Shown: positions 48,776 to 58,631 of the stretch, piece after piece
Layout: every line of letters begins with the position of its first letter
Numbering within the stretch: the first letter of the stretch is position 1
Assembly (NCBI GenBank): GCA_964387675.1
Contig: CAYLWL010000003.1
Span: 6,436 to 70,435, forward strand
DNA length: 64,000 nt
Origin: an uncultured Candidatus Saccharibacteria bacterium
GTDB taxonomy: Bacteria; Patescibacteriota; Minisyncoccia; UBA6257; 2-01-FULL-56-20
Direction: 5' to 3'
The notes under the pieces: model-generated
Told to the model about the DNA's origin: nothing
The model's database searches: none
The model's input: only the letters and a program-made list of their open reading frames with translations
Position numbers and translations under genes: made by a program

Positions 48776-49984
48776 TTGAGAAGCGGGGTTCACATCTGGC
48801 AGCCGCACGATATTCAGCACCTTTTCAGTTTATCTGAACAATGGGCGACGAAAAATCGCCGTCCGATCGTAGTATTCGCTGATCAGTTCGACAATTGGCT
48901 GGGAATTCACAGCAACGTGGCGGCCCAGCTCGAAATCGAACTTGACGGTTTCTCCGGTCGGCGAGAAGGAGTATACTTTATAGCCACCGCCCAGCAAGAA
49001 CCGCGGGAATTCGGCGGATCCATGTTTCGTTCGGGAAGAATCGAAACCGAGGTTGCATTCAGCGATCCTGATCGGCGGCAACAAATCGAACTTTTAGAGG
49101 GGTTTTTACATCGATATCCGCATGATCCCGATATCGATATCGGCAACCTCATACACCTGCTTGACGTTCCGACACCTGCTGACCTTAAGGCCTTTGTTGA
49201 CGACGCATTTGTTTGTGCTCTGCAAGAGGTTGCGGTCGCGAAAGTGAAAAAAGAGAAGGGTTGGGCTTCGAAGGAAGCAAAAGTTACCGAGAACTTGCTT
49301 ATTGATGTGTTTCTTCCTCAAGTATTGGATCCGAAAACGGGGCACACGATGTCGCCCGAAGAAGAACGTGGTGTGGCCATCCACGAGATGGGCCATGTTG
49401 TTGTGGCAAGGGCGCTCGGTGTGCCTGCGCACTCCGTATCTTGCAGGCCGGGACTGGAATCGCTTGGATTGATGTATCAAGGAGATAGCGGTTTGGAAAG
49501 AAAAAATCCGTTCGTCGAGGAAAGGTATGCGATGATTTGCATCGGTCTGGGAAGTATCGAGGCCGAGACGCTTCTCGATGTGCCGCCCAATATAGGTTGT
49601 AATGCCGATCTCCACAATGCGGCGGATATGGCACAGCGTTTGATCGCGACCGGCGTCGACCCCCAAAGCCCGCTGGTTCCGAAATATGGAAGGTTGCACT
49701 TTCATCCGGGCGGCGACGTGGACGATGAAGGCAAGGTGGGTCCACCACAAATCTCCGAAGAGCTGAAAGGGGACCTTGAAAAAGCGGTGGTGCTGGTTTT
49801 GAGAGAAAGACAAGCGATGGCCCGCAACATCGTTGCTTTCTTCGGAAAGGAATTGATTGGCATGCTTGCCGACGCCTTGATTGCCAAACCGAACAAAGTG
49901 ATGCTGCAAAAAGAATTGGATCGGCTCCTCGAGCCGAAACTTAGTGAGTTCAGAAGTAAGCATAACATTGTCGAAATCCAATAA
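48776..49984 (+). pseudogene. FtsH-like AAA+/M41 peptidase lacking the N-terminus and Walker A
   Basis: Degenerate Walker B VFADQFD, ELDGF, RSGRIE, HEMGH; no GxxGxGKT and no good start. Confidence 0.55.
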
Positions 49985-50097
49985 CGCAGAAGCCGTTTCA
50001 TTCCTTGCTCCGACCGCGGTCGGAGCAATTTTATTCCATTTTTCGGGTGTGCATAACTCAACTTCCGAAGAGATCGAGACATTGTATAATAAATAGT

Positions 50098-51378
50098 ATG
50101 AGAAAAGTTTTCTCTCTCAAATTCATCCTCGTTGCCCCCTTTTTTCTCCTTGCGTTTTTCTATGCCTTTCATTTGGCGCGGGGATTCACCGGCCCCTCCT
50201 CAAGCGCCGGCGTCGGCAGCGGCGTCATTTCCAGCTTGAACGGCAATATCGGCATCGGGACGGCAACACCCGGCGCCTTGCTTCACCTTCTTGGCGCCTC
50301 TCCTTATCTCCGGCTCGATTGTACGTCCGCGAACTGCGGCGCGTTCGAGCTCCGCGTCGACACCTCGGGCGGATCCAAATACTTCGCGGTCTATGACGTC
50401 AATAATTCGACCCAGCCCTTTACTATTCTGAACAGCGGCAATATCGGCATTGGAACAACCACCCCCGCCTATCCCTTGAGCGTGGCCGGCGCCGTTTACT
50501 CCTCCTCCGGAGGATTCCGCTTTCCGGACGGCACCACGCAGACCACCGCCGCAAGCGGCGGCGCCACTGTGAACGCCTCAAATGTGACGGCCGGTGTTTT
50601 CGCCTCCGGCAACTTCTCCTTCCCGTCTTCCCTCGGCATCGCGACCACCACCCAGGTGAGCTTGCCCCAAGCCCTCTCGGTCTATGGCGGAGGATACTTC
50701 AGCGGCAACGTCGGCATCGGGACGACGGCGCCGGGAGCGAAGTTGCATATCTATGATCCCGTAGGAAGTAGTGCCGATGCGTGGCTTAAAATTGAATCGG
50801 ACAGCGCTAGTTCTGACGCGAGATTAGATTTTGATGGCGCTACTGGACGTGACGGAATAATACGATTTTTGCAGACAGGAACGATTGAGGCAAGAATCGA
50901 CTACGATAGTGCTACAGGAGATCTAATATTTTCTAAAGGATCAGCCGTTGGAAGCAACCTTGTTATTGATACATCCGGCAACGTCGGCATCGGGACGACA
51001 AGTCCGAGCTATAAGTTGCATGTTGCAGGAGATGTCGGCGCGACCGCTTTTTACTATACCTCCGACGCGCGCCTCAAGGCAGACATCCGCCCAACCGGCG
51101 GTCTGGAGATCATAAGCGGTTTGCGCGGGGTGACATTTTCGTGGAAGAATTCCGGAAAACGGAGCGCCGGTTTTATCGCCCAGGAGGTGGAGCAAGTTTT
51201 GCCCGAAGCGGTTTCTACTGATTCTGCGACAGGACTAAAGTCATTGAACTACGGCGCGCTCTCGGCGCCGATCGTGGAGGCGATCAAAGAGCTGGAGCGC
51301 GACTCGGAGGCGAAAGGTCAAAAGATCGCGGAGCTGGAACGAGAAATAGAGGAATTAAAACAGGTTCCGGGGAGATAA
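50098..51378 (+). CDS. Secreted tail-fibre-like protein with C-terminal S74 intramolecular chaperone
   Basis: Four GN(I/V)GIGT repeats; YTSDARLK, GFIAQEVE, terminal coiled coil. Confidence 0.88.
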   Translation: MRKVFSLKFILVAPFFLLAFFYAFHLARGFTGPSSSAGVGSGVISSLNGNIGIGTATPGALLHLLGASPYLRLDCTSANCGAFELRVDTSGGSKYFAVYDVNNSTQPFTILNSGNIGIGTTTPAYPLSVAGAVYSSSGGFRFPDGTTQTTAASGGATVNASNVTAGVFASGNFSFPSSLGIATTTQVSLPQALSVYGGGYFSGNVGIGTTAPGAKLHIYDPVGSSADAWLKIESDSASSDARLDFDGATGRDGIIRFLQTGTIEARIDYDSATGDLIFSKGSAVGSNLVIDTSGNVGIGTTSPSYKLHVAGDVGATAFYYTSDARLKADIRPTGGLEIISGLRGVTFSWKNSGKRSAGFIAQEVEQVLPEAVSTDSATGLKSLNYGALSAPIVEAIKELERDSEAKGQKIAELEREIEELKQVPGR

Positions 51379-51387
51379 TTTTCGTCA

Positions 51388-52452
51388 ATGAAGAGTGTTC
51401 GCAAGCTGAATTATTTGAATGTCGCAATACTGGTTGCGGCTTTTTCAATGTTTGGTTTCATCGTTCTGCGCGCGGCTACGACCTATCGGCTGAATACCGG
51501 CACAACTTCCGATATCACGGAATTTAACACCTGCAAGAAGGTTGCCAATTCCACCGGCAAAGACCTCTTTATTCCCACCAACTCCTCCGCGGAGTGGTCT
51601 TCTTTCTACAATAATATTCCTTCAGGCGTGACGATTTCCACCTGTGACGTTATCGTCACGTATAGCGGGGCGGCAAATGGCACTCACAACCTCTCTGCGA
51701 GCGGCTCGCTTGCTCTAACAACCCCGGGCAACTACACAATCTCCTTCGGTCGCAGTGCCAATATCCGGATTAGGGGCGTAGCTGGCGGCGGAGGCGGAGG
51801 TTCTGGAAGTTGGGTATATGGGGGCATTGGAGGCGGCGGTGGTGGTGGAGGTGGTGGAAGTGCCAATACAGACGGCGTGGTGGTGAGCGTTACTGCGACG
51901 AGTTACTCTGCGTCGGTTGGAGACGGTGGGGCGGGAGGTCCCGGTGGAAACGATGTGGAAACGAACGGTAGTGCGGGTGGCAATACCGCCTTCGGTTCAT
52001 GGTTGAGTCTGGCAGGCGGCGGTTATGGCAAAAGCCCGGGATCTGGTGGCGGAGGCGGGAGTTCTAACGGCGCCAACGGTGGTTGCGAGAGTCACGGCTC
52101 ATCGGGTATTACCGGCGGCGGCGGAGGTGGCGGTTCAAGCAGTAATTGCATAGGAGGTAATGGTGGGGCGGGATCCAGTCAGAATCCGGGCTGTGAGGCG
52201 AGAAGCGGCGGCAGCGGCACCAGGTCCTATTGCTCTTCCCCCGAAGCGCAGGGTGGTGTCACAGGTAATTGCGGCGGCGCAGGCGGCGGCGGTGGTGGGG
52301 GTGGCGTGAACTTGCTTGGTATAACCGGCAATCGAGGCGGCGGCGGTGGTGGCGGTGGCGCAAGCAAATGTGGAGGCAGTGGCCCTGGTGCAGCAGAAGG
52401 CGGCAGCGGCGGCAAAGGAAGTAGTGGCGCTCTGACAATTACGCTGGAATAA
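51388..52452 (+). CDS. Secreted glycine-rich protein
   Basis: Signal peptide; CKKVAN...FIPTNSSAEW; many GGGGG tracts. Confidence 0.8.
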   Translation: MKSVRKLNYLNVAILVAAFSMFGFIVLRAATTYRLNTGTTSDITEFNTCKKVANSTGKDLFIPTNSSAEWSSFYNNIPSGVTISTCDVIVTYSGAANGTHNLSASGSLALTTPGNYTISFGRSANIRIRGVAGGGGGGSGSWVYGGIGGGGGGGGGGSANTDGVVVSVTATSYSASVGDGGAGGPGGNDVETNGSAGGNTAFGSWLSLAGGGYGKSPGSGGGGGSSNGANGGCESHGSSGITGGGGGGGSSSNCIGGNGGAGSSQNPGCEARSGGSGTRSYCSSPEAQGGVTGNCGGAGGGGGGGGVNLLGITGNRGGGGGGGGASKCGGSGPGAAEGGSGGKGSSGALTITLE

Positions 52453-52553
52453 AAATGAAAACTCGCGGTCTCCAAGAACGGAGCATATTCGCGGCGTTGG
52501 GAATCCTCCTCTTCTTGACTTTCGCGTTCCTTTCTTTTTCCCTCTAATCCAAT

Positions 52554-52593
52554 CTTTTCCGTTATAACATAATATTATATTATAATGGAAAAG
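52554..52593. repeat. AT-rich palindrome, copy of 36021-36056
   Basis: cttttccgttataacataatattatattataatggaaaag. Confidence 0.85.
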
Positions 52594-52689
52594 AGAAAAA
52601 AGAGAACGAGAAAAAGAATAGAATAAGAGGGACGCATCCGGATGTTCACTGTCCGTTTGCTATAATAGAAGCATGTACCTTTCTGACAC

Positions 52690-52761
52690 CCCTTCGACTC
52701 CGCTCCCTCGACAGAACTAGGGACAAGTCGGGGCAGGCCCTTCGATAGAGCTCGGGGCAAG
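52690..52761. repeat. Tandem/nested CCCTTCGA...CTCGGGGCA REP-like units
   Basis: cccttcgactccgctc[...]tcggggcagg cccttcgatagagctcggggcaag. Confidence 0.7.
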
Positions 52762-52819
52762 CCCCTAGGCAATCGCATCTTCATACTATGAAGAAAAGAT
52801 CATCCACAACCATTCCTTC

Positions 52820-52840
52820 GAGAGAGAGAGAGAGAGAGAG
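52820..52840. repeat. (GA)10 simple sequence repeat
   Basis: gagagagagagagagagagag ending 7 nt before ATG 52848. Confidence 0.95.
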
Positions 52841-52847
52841 TAACACC

Positions 52848-55800
52848 ATGCCCCGACTCCGCTCTCTACAACTCGTTTACCTCGCCTCCTTCCTCCTCTC
52901 TTCATTCCTCTTTGCCCCTCCACTCTTGGCCGCCCCTCCTTCCTCCCCGTATACCCCCGGAGAGACCCTGAATCCCACCTGCTCCCCCGGAGACGCGAAT
53001 TGCACGGTCGTCGCTCCCCCCGCGGGAACCGGCTCCGCGGGACTCCTGACCTACTGGAGCGCCTCCTCCACCGTCTCATCCTCCCTCTCCCTCTTCTGGG
53101 ACAACCCCAACATACGCCTCGGCATCGGCACCTCCCAGCCCTCCTCCACCTTTCACATCATCGCGGGAACGACGGGCGCGACCACCCTGCAACTGATGGG
53201 ACTCCCCAACCAGACCGGGAATCTTCTCACGGTCGGATCATCCTCCGGACAACGCTATTTCACCATCTCGTCCCTCGGACTTGCATCGTCTACCGAGTTT
53301 CGCTCTCCGAGTTCGACGATCGATACCCTCTTCCTTACCTCGGCGTCCTCCACCAACCTCTCCCTCTCCGGCTACGGCCTCTTTCCCACGCTCCTTGCCC
53401 AGAACGCCGTGGGACTCGGCTCTCTTTCCACTTCCACCTCCCTCGTTTTCATCCAGGGGACGCAGGTGGCGTCAACCACACTCAACCTCCGAGGCACAAC
53501 CAACCAAACCGCCAATCTCCTCACGATCGCGAGTTCAACGGGAATCAACTTCTTCACGATTGGCCCAACTGGCCTCGCTTCCTCCACCGAGTTCAGGGCC
53601 AACTCGTCCACCATCGCCTCGCTCTACGATTTCAACGGCAACAAGTACGCCACCTCGAGCGCCTTCACCGCTGGCGTTGACACCCAGCTCTTATTTGGCC
53701 AACTCGGAGGAGGAGCAACCTCGAGCATTGCTTTCACGATCACCACCTCCACCTCCCAACTCCTCTTTTCCGGCTCCAATGTCTCCATCGCTCCGGTCGG
53801 AACCTCCACCTCCCTCGTCTTCCTGCAGGGAAGCCAGATAACATCCACCACGCTCAATATCTTCGGCGCCGCGGCCCAGACCGCGTCTCTCCTCTCCATC
53901 TCCTCCAGCACCGGCATCCCTCTTTTCAACATCAATGCCATAGGCCAAGTAGCCATCGCCACCTCTACCTACCCCTCATCGAGCACCCTGCTGACCATCG
54001 CCTCCTCAAGCCAGATATTCAATATCTCCGCGGGAGGCAACATCATGATTGGGACCTCGACCTCTCCCAATGCCGCGCTTCTGCAGATCGCGACGACCAC
54101 CAATATCTTCACGATCTTGAGCAACGGGAGAGTGGGAATCGGAACCTCGACGCCGGGTTCCGCCCTTGACGTGAAAGGCACCTTGCGTCTGTCGGGTTCC
54201 GCGTCGGGATATGTGGGATTCGCTCCAGCCGCCGCGGCGGGAGCAACCACCTATACCCTCCCTTCCGCCGACGGCTCATCGGGACAAGTCCTTACCACCG
54301 ACGGCTCGGGGACTTTGTCCTGGACGACGAAAGTAGAGGGCACCTCCCAGGACTTCAAAGGACTTTCCTTGAGAACCCATCCCAACGCGAACATCGCCAC
54401 CACCACGGTCTATCTTGACCACGCAGACGAGATCGTGATGGATACCGGGAACCGGGTGGCAACCTGGGACGACCTGTCGGCTGACATCACCGTATCAGGA
54501 GCCGGAGGACTGGATACCGGTTCTGAAGCCGCTTCCACTTGGTATGAGATTTATGCGATACGAAAATCATCTGATGGCACAAAGAATCTCTTGCTTCATA
54601 GGGCCAAGGATTATTTTTTGGATGAGGATTTTTCAACTGGCGATGATCAGTCACAAGGGATTCGGCGCACGACTAATAGTGTTACTTCTGTTGCTCAACA
54701 GTTTGAGGTTGATACTTCCGGGCTTGTTGAATTTGTCGACGTATATCTTCTTCGCGCCGGATCGGTAAGCGGACGGTTGTGGGCCGAGCTCTATGCAGAT
54801 AGCGGAGGAGCGCCAACGGGTTCAGCGCTTGCCACTTCTGACAAAATCGACGCCTCACTTATATCGACTAGTGCCCAATGGATACGTTTGCCGTTCCGTT
54901 CGCCTGTTACATTGAGTGCCACGCCGACAATTTACCATCTTGTGCTGACAGGCGACTGGACACAAAGTGATACGGTAACTATCAGCTGGCGCGCAGACAG
55001 CACATCGCCGACCTATGCTCGCGGATCATTTGAGCGTAAAGAATCTGGCAGTTGGGTAGAATATTCCGATATTGATGTGTTGTTCAAAATCTATGTCACC
55101 CGCAACGACACCTCGGTCACCATGCCGACCGGCTATGACCAGAAAGCGAAGGTGGGGTATGTATATAACGATAGCGGGAGTAACTTTAGCCCATTCGTGG
55201 CCAATGATCGGCGCGTAACCTATCAAACTACGTTCAATACGGGCAGCATCACGGCGACGATTATGACGTTAACCGACGTGTCATCATCACTGCCACCAGT
55301 TGCCGTCAGCGACGTGTTCGGCACGGCAGAGAACAGCGCGGTCAACGATTGGCTGCGTATTCTGGGCGTCCCAGACGGCTATTCGGCGAATGGCTATCCA
55401 ATTTCTGTCCCGACTGCAAATGCCACAGTATTTGCGGGAGGTATCTCAACTGAATATCAAGCGTTATATTTTCAGGTTAGTTCTGGAACTGGAATATTCC
55501 GACTGCGAGGCTACACTTGGGGCTCCACCGGCGGCGCGGACCTGGCTGAAGAATATCTGGTGGATGACGAAAGCATCAACGCCGGAGACATCGTGTCTCT
55601 GACCTCTTTTGGTACCAACTATGTCGAGAGAGCCGCCGCCTCCTCTTCATACCCGGTCCTCGGCATCGTCTCCACCAAGCCGGGCATAGTCCTCAAGGAC
55701 TGGTCATACAGCCCCCGGAATACGAGGAATGTGGCTCTCACCGGCCGCGTCCCGGTCAAGGTTACCGAAGAGAACGGCCCGATCAAGACAGGGGATCGCC

Positions 55801-56435
55801 TCACCCTCTCGGCAACGACCCCCGGCTATGCGATGAAGATGACCGAGCCGGGCCAATCAATAGGTATTGCTATGGAATCGTCGGAGAACAAAGACCCCGA
55901 CGCTACGGTCCCGACGCAAGGATCGGGACAGGTCGGGACGGGCAAAATCCTCGCCTTCATCAATTTGACCTATTGGATACCGGATATATCTGCATCAACA
56001 TCCACCGATGCTTCCGCTTCCACCTCAACTGTTGCATCAACCGACTTCTCACTCGACGGCCTGATGAAATACATCGTGAACAAACTCAAAAATGTTCTGG
56101 AGATCGTCTTCGAGAAAGGACTCCTCAAGGTGGCGCATCTGATTACGGATCTTGTGGAGACGAAAAAGGTTGTGACGGAAGAAGTGGTGACCGAAAAACT
56201 GGAATTGAAAGACGCGGCAACGGGCGGGGTGTATTGCGTCAAGATGCTGAACGGTCAGTTGGCGAGCGTGTCGGGAGGATGCGGGTCAGACGCGCAATCT
56301 TCAACCTCGACGGCAGAATCCGATTCCACTTCCAGCTCTGCCACGAGTTCCGTTTCGGACTCCGACAATTCCGATTCTGCCGCAAGTTCAACCGATTCGA
56401 CGGCCGATACTAACAGCACTTCGACTGAGCCGTAA
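52848..56435 (+). CDS. Large secreted Ser/Thr-rich tail-fibre/adhesin-like protein
   Basis: Signal peptide; GIGT repeats; GADLAEEY...GRVPVKV.ENGPIKTGDRL domain; alternative start 52788. Confidence 0.85.
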   Translation: MPRLRSLQLVYLASFLLSSFLFAPPLLAAPPSSPYTPGETLNPTCSPGDANCTVVAPPAGTGSAGLLTYWSASSTVSSSLSLFWDNPNIRLGIGTSQPSSTFHIIAGTTGATTLQLMGLPNQTGNLLTVGSSSGQRYFTISSLGLASSTEFRSPSSTIDTLFLTSASSTNLSLSGYGLFPTLLAQNAVGLGSLSTSTSLVFIQGTQVASTTLNLRGTTNQTANLLTIASSTGINFFTIGPTGLASSTEFRANSSTIASLYDFNGNKYATSSAFTAGVDTQLLFGQLGGGATSSIAFTITTSTSQLLFSGSNVSIAPVGTSTSLVFLQGSQITSTTLNIFGAAAQTASLLSISSSTGIPLFNINAIGQVAIATSTYPSSSTLLTIASSSQIFNISAGGNIMIGTSTSPNAALLQIATTTNIFTILSNGRVGIGTSTPGSALDVKGTLRLSGSASGYVGFAPAAAAGATTYTLPSADGSSGQVLTTDGSGTLSWTTKVEGTSQDFKGLSLRTHPNANIATTTVYLDHADEIVMDTGNRVATWDDLSADITVSGAGGLDTGSEAASTWYEIYAIRKSSDGTKNLLLHRAKDYFLDEDFSTGDDQSQGIRRTTNSVTSVAQQFEVDTSGLVEFVDVYLLRAGSVSGRLWAELYADSGGAPTGSALATSDKIDASLISTSAQWIRLPFRSPVTLSATPTIYHLVLTGDWTQSDTVTISWRADSTSPTYARGSFERKESGSWVEYSDIDVLFKIYVTRNDTSVTMPTGYDQKAKVGYVYNDSGSNFSPFVANDRRVTYQTTFNTGSITATIMTLTDVSSSLPPVAVSDVFGTAENSAVNDWLRILGVPDGYSANGYPISVPTANATVFAGGISTEYQALYFQVSSGTGIFRLRGYTWGSTGGADLAEEYLVDDESINAGDIVSLTSFGTNYVERAAASSSYPVLGIVSTKPGIVLKDWSYSPRNTRNVALTGRVPVKVTEENGPIKTGDRLTLSATTPGYAMKMTEPGQSIGIAMESSENKDPDATVPTQGSGQVGTGKILAFINLTYWIPDISASTSTDASASTSTVASTDFSLDGLMKYIVNKLKNVLEIVFEKGLLKVAHLITDLVETKKVVTEEVVTEKLELKDAATGGVYCVKMLNGQLASVSGGCGSDAQSSTSTAESDSTSSSATSSVSDSDNSDSAASSTDSTADTNSTSTEP

Positions 56436-56512
56436 GTGAAGGATTTTGTCCCTCCGCCACGGCTTTGCGCCGCGGCGGATTTGTTTTATTGTAGGTAGGT
56501 ATTTTCATTTGT

Positions 56513-57790
56513 ATGCATCGAGAAAACTTATATAAAAACCTCCCCGATTCTCCGGGCGTATATCTTATGAAGGATGCGTGCGGGGCCGTGATCTATGTCG
56601 GCAAGGCCGGAAATTTGAAAAGACGGGTATCGAGTTACTTCGCGAGAGCCCACGATTTGCGGATCGAGCGATTGGTAAACGAAATTAAAAAGATCGACTG
56701 TCAGAAAACGGACACCGCGCTCGAGGCCTTGATTTTAGAGTCCAAGCTCATCAAACGGCTTAACCCCAAGTTCAATGTCAAAGAAAAAGACGACAAAAGT
56801 TTTTTGTACGTCGCGATTACCAAAGAAAAGTTTCCGCGCGTGCTTTTGGCGAGAGGGTCAAGGGTCAAGAGTCAGGGGTCAAGAATTGATGATTGGTATG
56901 GACCCTTTACTTCGGCCGGCAGTATCCGCGAGGCATTGAAGATTTTGCGCCGGATTTTCCCGTGGAGCAACCACATAGTGACAAGGGACATGAGACAAGC
57001 GACAAGGGACGCCACCAAGCCATGTTTCGATTACGAGATCGGCCTTTGTCCGGGAACCTGCATCGGCGCGATAAGCAGCAAAGATTATTTGAAAAATATC
57101 AACCGGCTCAAATTGTTTTTTGCGGGCAAGAAGCTTCGGGTACTGGGGTCTTTGCAAAAGGAAATGAAAGCGGCGAGCAAGCGCCTGGAATTCGAGAAGG
57201 CCGAAAAACTCCGCCGCCAGATATTCGCCCTTCAACATATTCGCGACACGGCGCTGATTAATGAAGAGCCGTTTCCACATACTACCTACTACCTACCACA
57301 TACTTTTCGTATTGAGGGCTACGACATCTCCAACATCTCCGGCGCTTCCGCCGTCGGCGCGATGGTGGTGTTCAGGGGCGATCATCCGCGGAAAGACGAG
57401 TATCGGAAGTTCAAAATAAAAACAATCCACGGTTCTCATGATGTCGGCATGCTCCGCGAAGTTCTCGGGCGTCGATTTGGAAATTGGAAATTGGAAATTG
57501 GAAATTCGAAGAGATGGCCTCTGCCCGACCTCATTCTTGTCGACGGCGGCATTCCCCAGGTGAACGCCGCGCGATCGGTGCTTCGCGAATATGGCCTTGC
57601 CATCCCGATTGTGGGCATAGCCAAGGGGCCAACGAGAAAAAGGAATGACGTTATCGGGATTATTCCAGCGGGCATTAGTCGAAAAACGCTTATCCGCGTG
57701 CGTGACGAAGCGCACCGCTTCGCCATCGGTTATCACAAAAAACTCCGCGGCAGAGAATTCATTCCTCGAACTAACGAACGGTCACTTTGA
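56513..57790 (+). CDS. uvrC: Excinuclease UvrC-family protein (short form)
   Basis: PGVYLM, YVGKA, EALILE, UVR motif, RIEGYDIS, DLILVDGG, RDEAHRFA. Confidence 0.92.
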   Translation: MHRENLYKNLPDSPGVYLMKDACGAVIYVGKAGNLKRRVSSYFARAHDLRIERLVNEIKKIDCQKTDTALEALILESKLIKRLNPKFNVKEKDDKSFLYVAITKEKFPRVLLARGSRVKSQGSRIDDWYGPFTSAGSIREALKILRRIFPWSNHIVTRDMRQATRDATKPCFDYEIGLCPGTCIGAISSKDYLKNINRLKLFFAGKKLRVLGSLQKEMKAASKRLEFEKAEKLRRQIFALQHIRDTALINEEPFPHTTYYLPHTFRIEGYDISNISGASAVGAMVVFRGDHPRKDEYRKFKIKTIHGSHDVGMLREVLGRRFGNWKLEIGNSKRWPLPDLILVDGGIPQVNAARSVLREYGLAIPIVGIAKGPTRKRNDVIGIIPAGISRKTLIRVRDEAHRFAIGYHKKLRGREFIPRTNERSL

Positions 57791-58571
57791 GCTTGAGAGA
57801 AGAATAGACGTCCGAGTAAAAGTCGTATATCCCCGGGAAAAGAGACGATGTGTCGAAGGTATACGATGCGCCCGGTTCTACCACGAACGGACTGTAGCTC
57901 CCGACAATGATTCGGTGCGTGACCGAGTCGTTGTTTATGAATGTGATGTTGTCTTTCTGCCGCACATTGAGCATGGAGGGCGAGAAAACGTAATTTTTGA
58001 TCGGGACAGTGTATTCTCCGATGGGGGCCTCGCTTTTATAGATGAGCGAGAACACGCCGCTCGATGCTTCCGGAATCTGGCTCCTGTCGAACTTGATTTT
58101 TATGATATAGTCGCCGTGCTCCACGTTTTTCTTTTGGGAGCCGTACCGGCTTACGGCAACATCTTGTCCGTTCCACGCGAATGACGTTTGGTGAGCGCCG
58201 GTTTCGGAATTGATCCATCCCGTGACCGACTTGTCGGATGCTTTTACGAGATAGATAGAGCCCGGCAAGCCGCTTTCTTTATTCCAGCTAATTGTATTCG
58301 TTTCTCCAATCACCCATTTTTCGGACACGGTTGGGGATACGAGAGAAACGGACTTCGACGTTTGCGGCGCGGGGGCGGGCGATTTGGGCGCGGGCGGCGT
58401 CGGCGCGGCGGCGGATGTCTGCGTTTGTTCCTGGGGAGCCGGCGGGTTTTGAGCGGCGGGGTATTCTTGCGAAGGCGCTTCTTTGGAGTATCGTGTCAAA
58501 AAACTGACCACGCCCAAAGCCAGTACCACTATAATGAGCACGAGCACGATGAGGGGTTTTGTCCTGAACAT
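57771..58571 (-). CDS. Membrane-anchored protein with C-terminal cupredoxin-like domain
   Basis: TM helix, Pro-rich linker, FSPSMLNV...ITFINNDSVTH. Confidence 0.75.
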   Translation of the reverse strand: MFRTKPLIVLVLIIVVLALGVVSFLTRYSKEAPSQEYPAAQNPPAPQEQTQTSAAAPTPPAPKSPAPAPQTSKSVSLVSPTVSEKWVIGETNTISWNKESGLPGSIYLVKASDKSVTGWINSETGAHQTSFAWNGQDVAVSRYGSQKKNVEHGDYIIKIKFDRSQIPEASSGVFSLIYKSEAPIGEYTVPIKNYVFSPSMLNVRQKDNITFINNDSVTHRIIVGSYSPFVVEPGASYTFDTSSLFPGIYDFYSDVYSSLKLKVTVR

Positions 58572-58631
58572 GATTTCTATTATAACATAGCGAGCTCGCG
58601 GGTCTTTTTATTTTTCGCTATAATCTTTATG

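Noticed and set aside
50098-56435. Prophage
   Set aside because: The fibre-like proteins have signal peptides; no integrase, terminase, capsid or portal genes.
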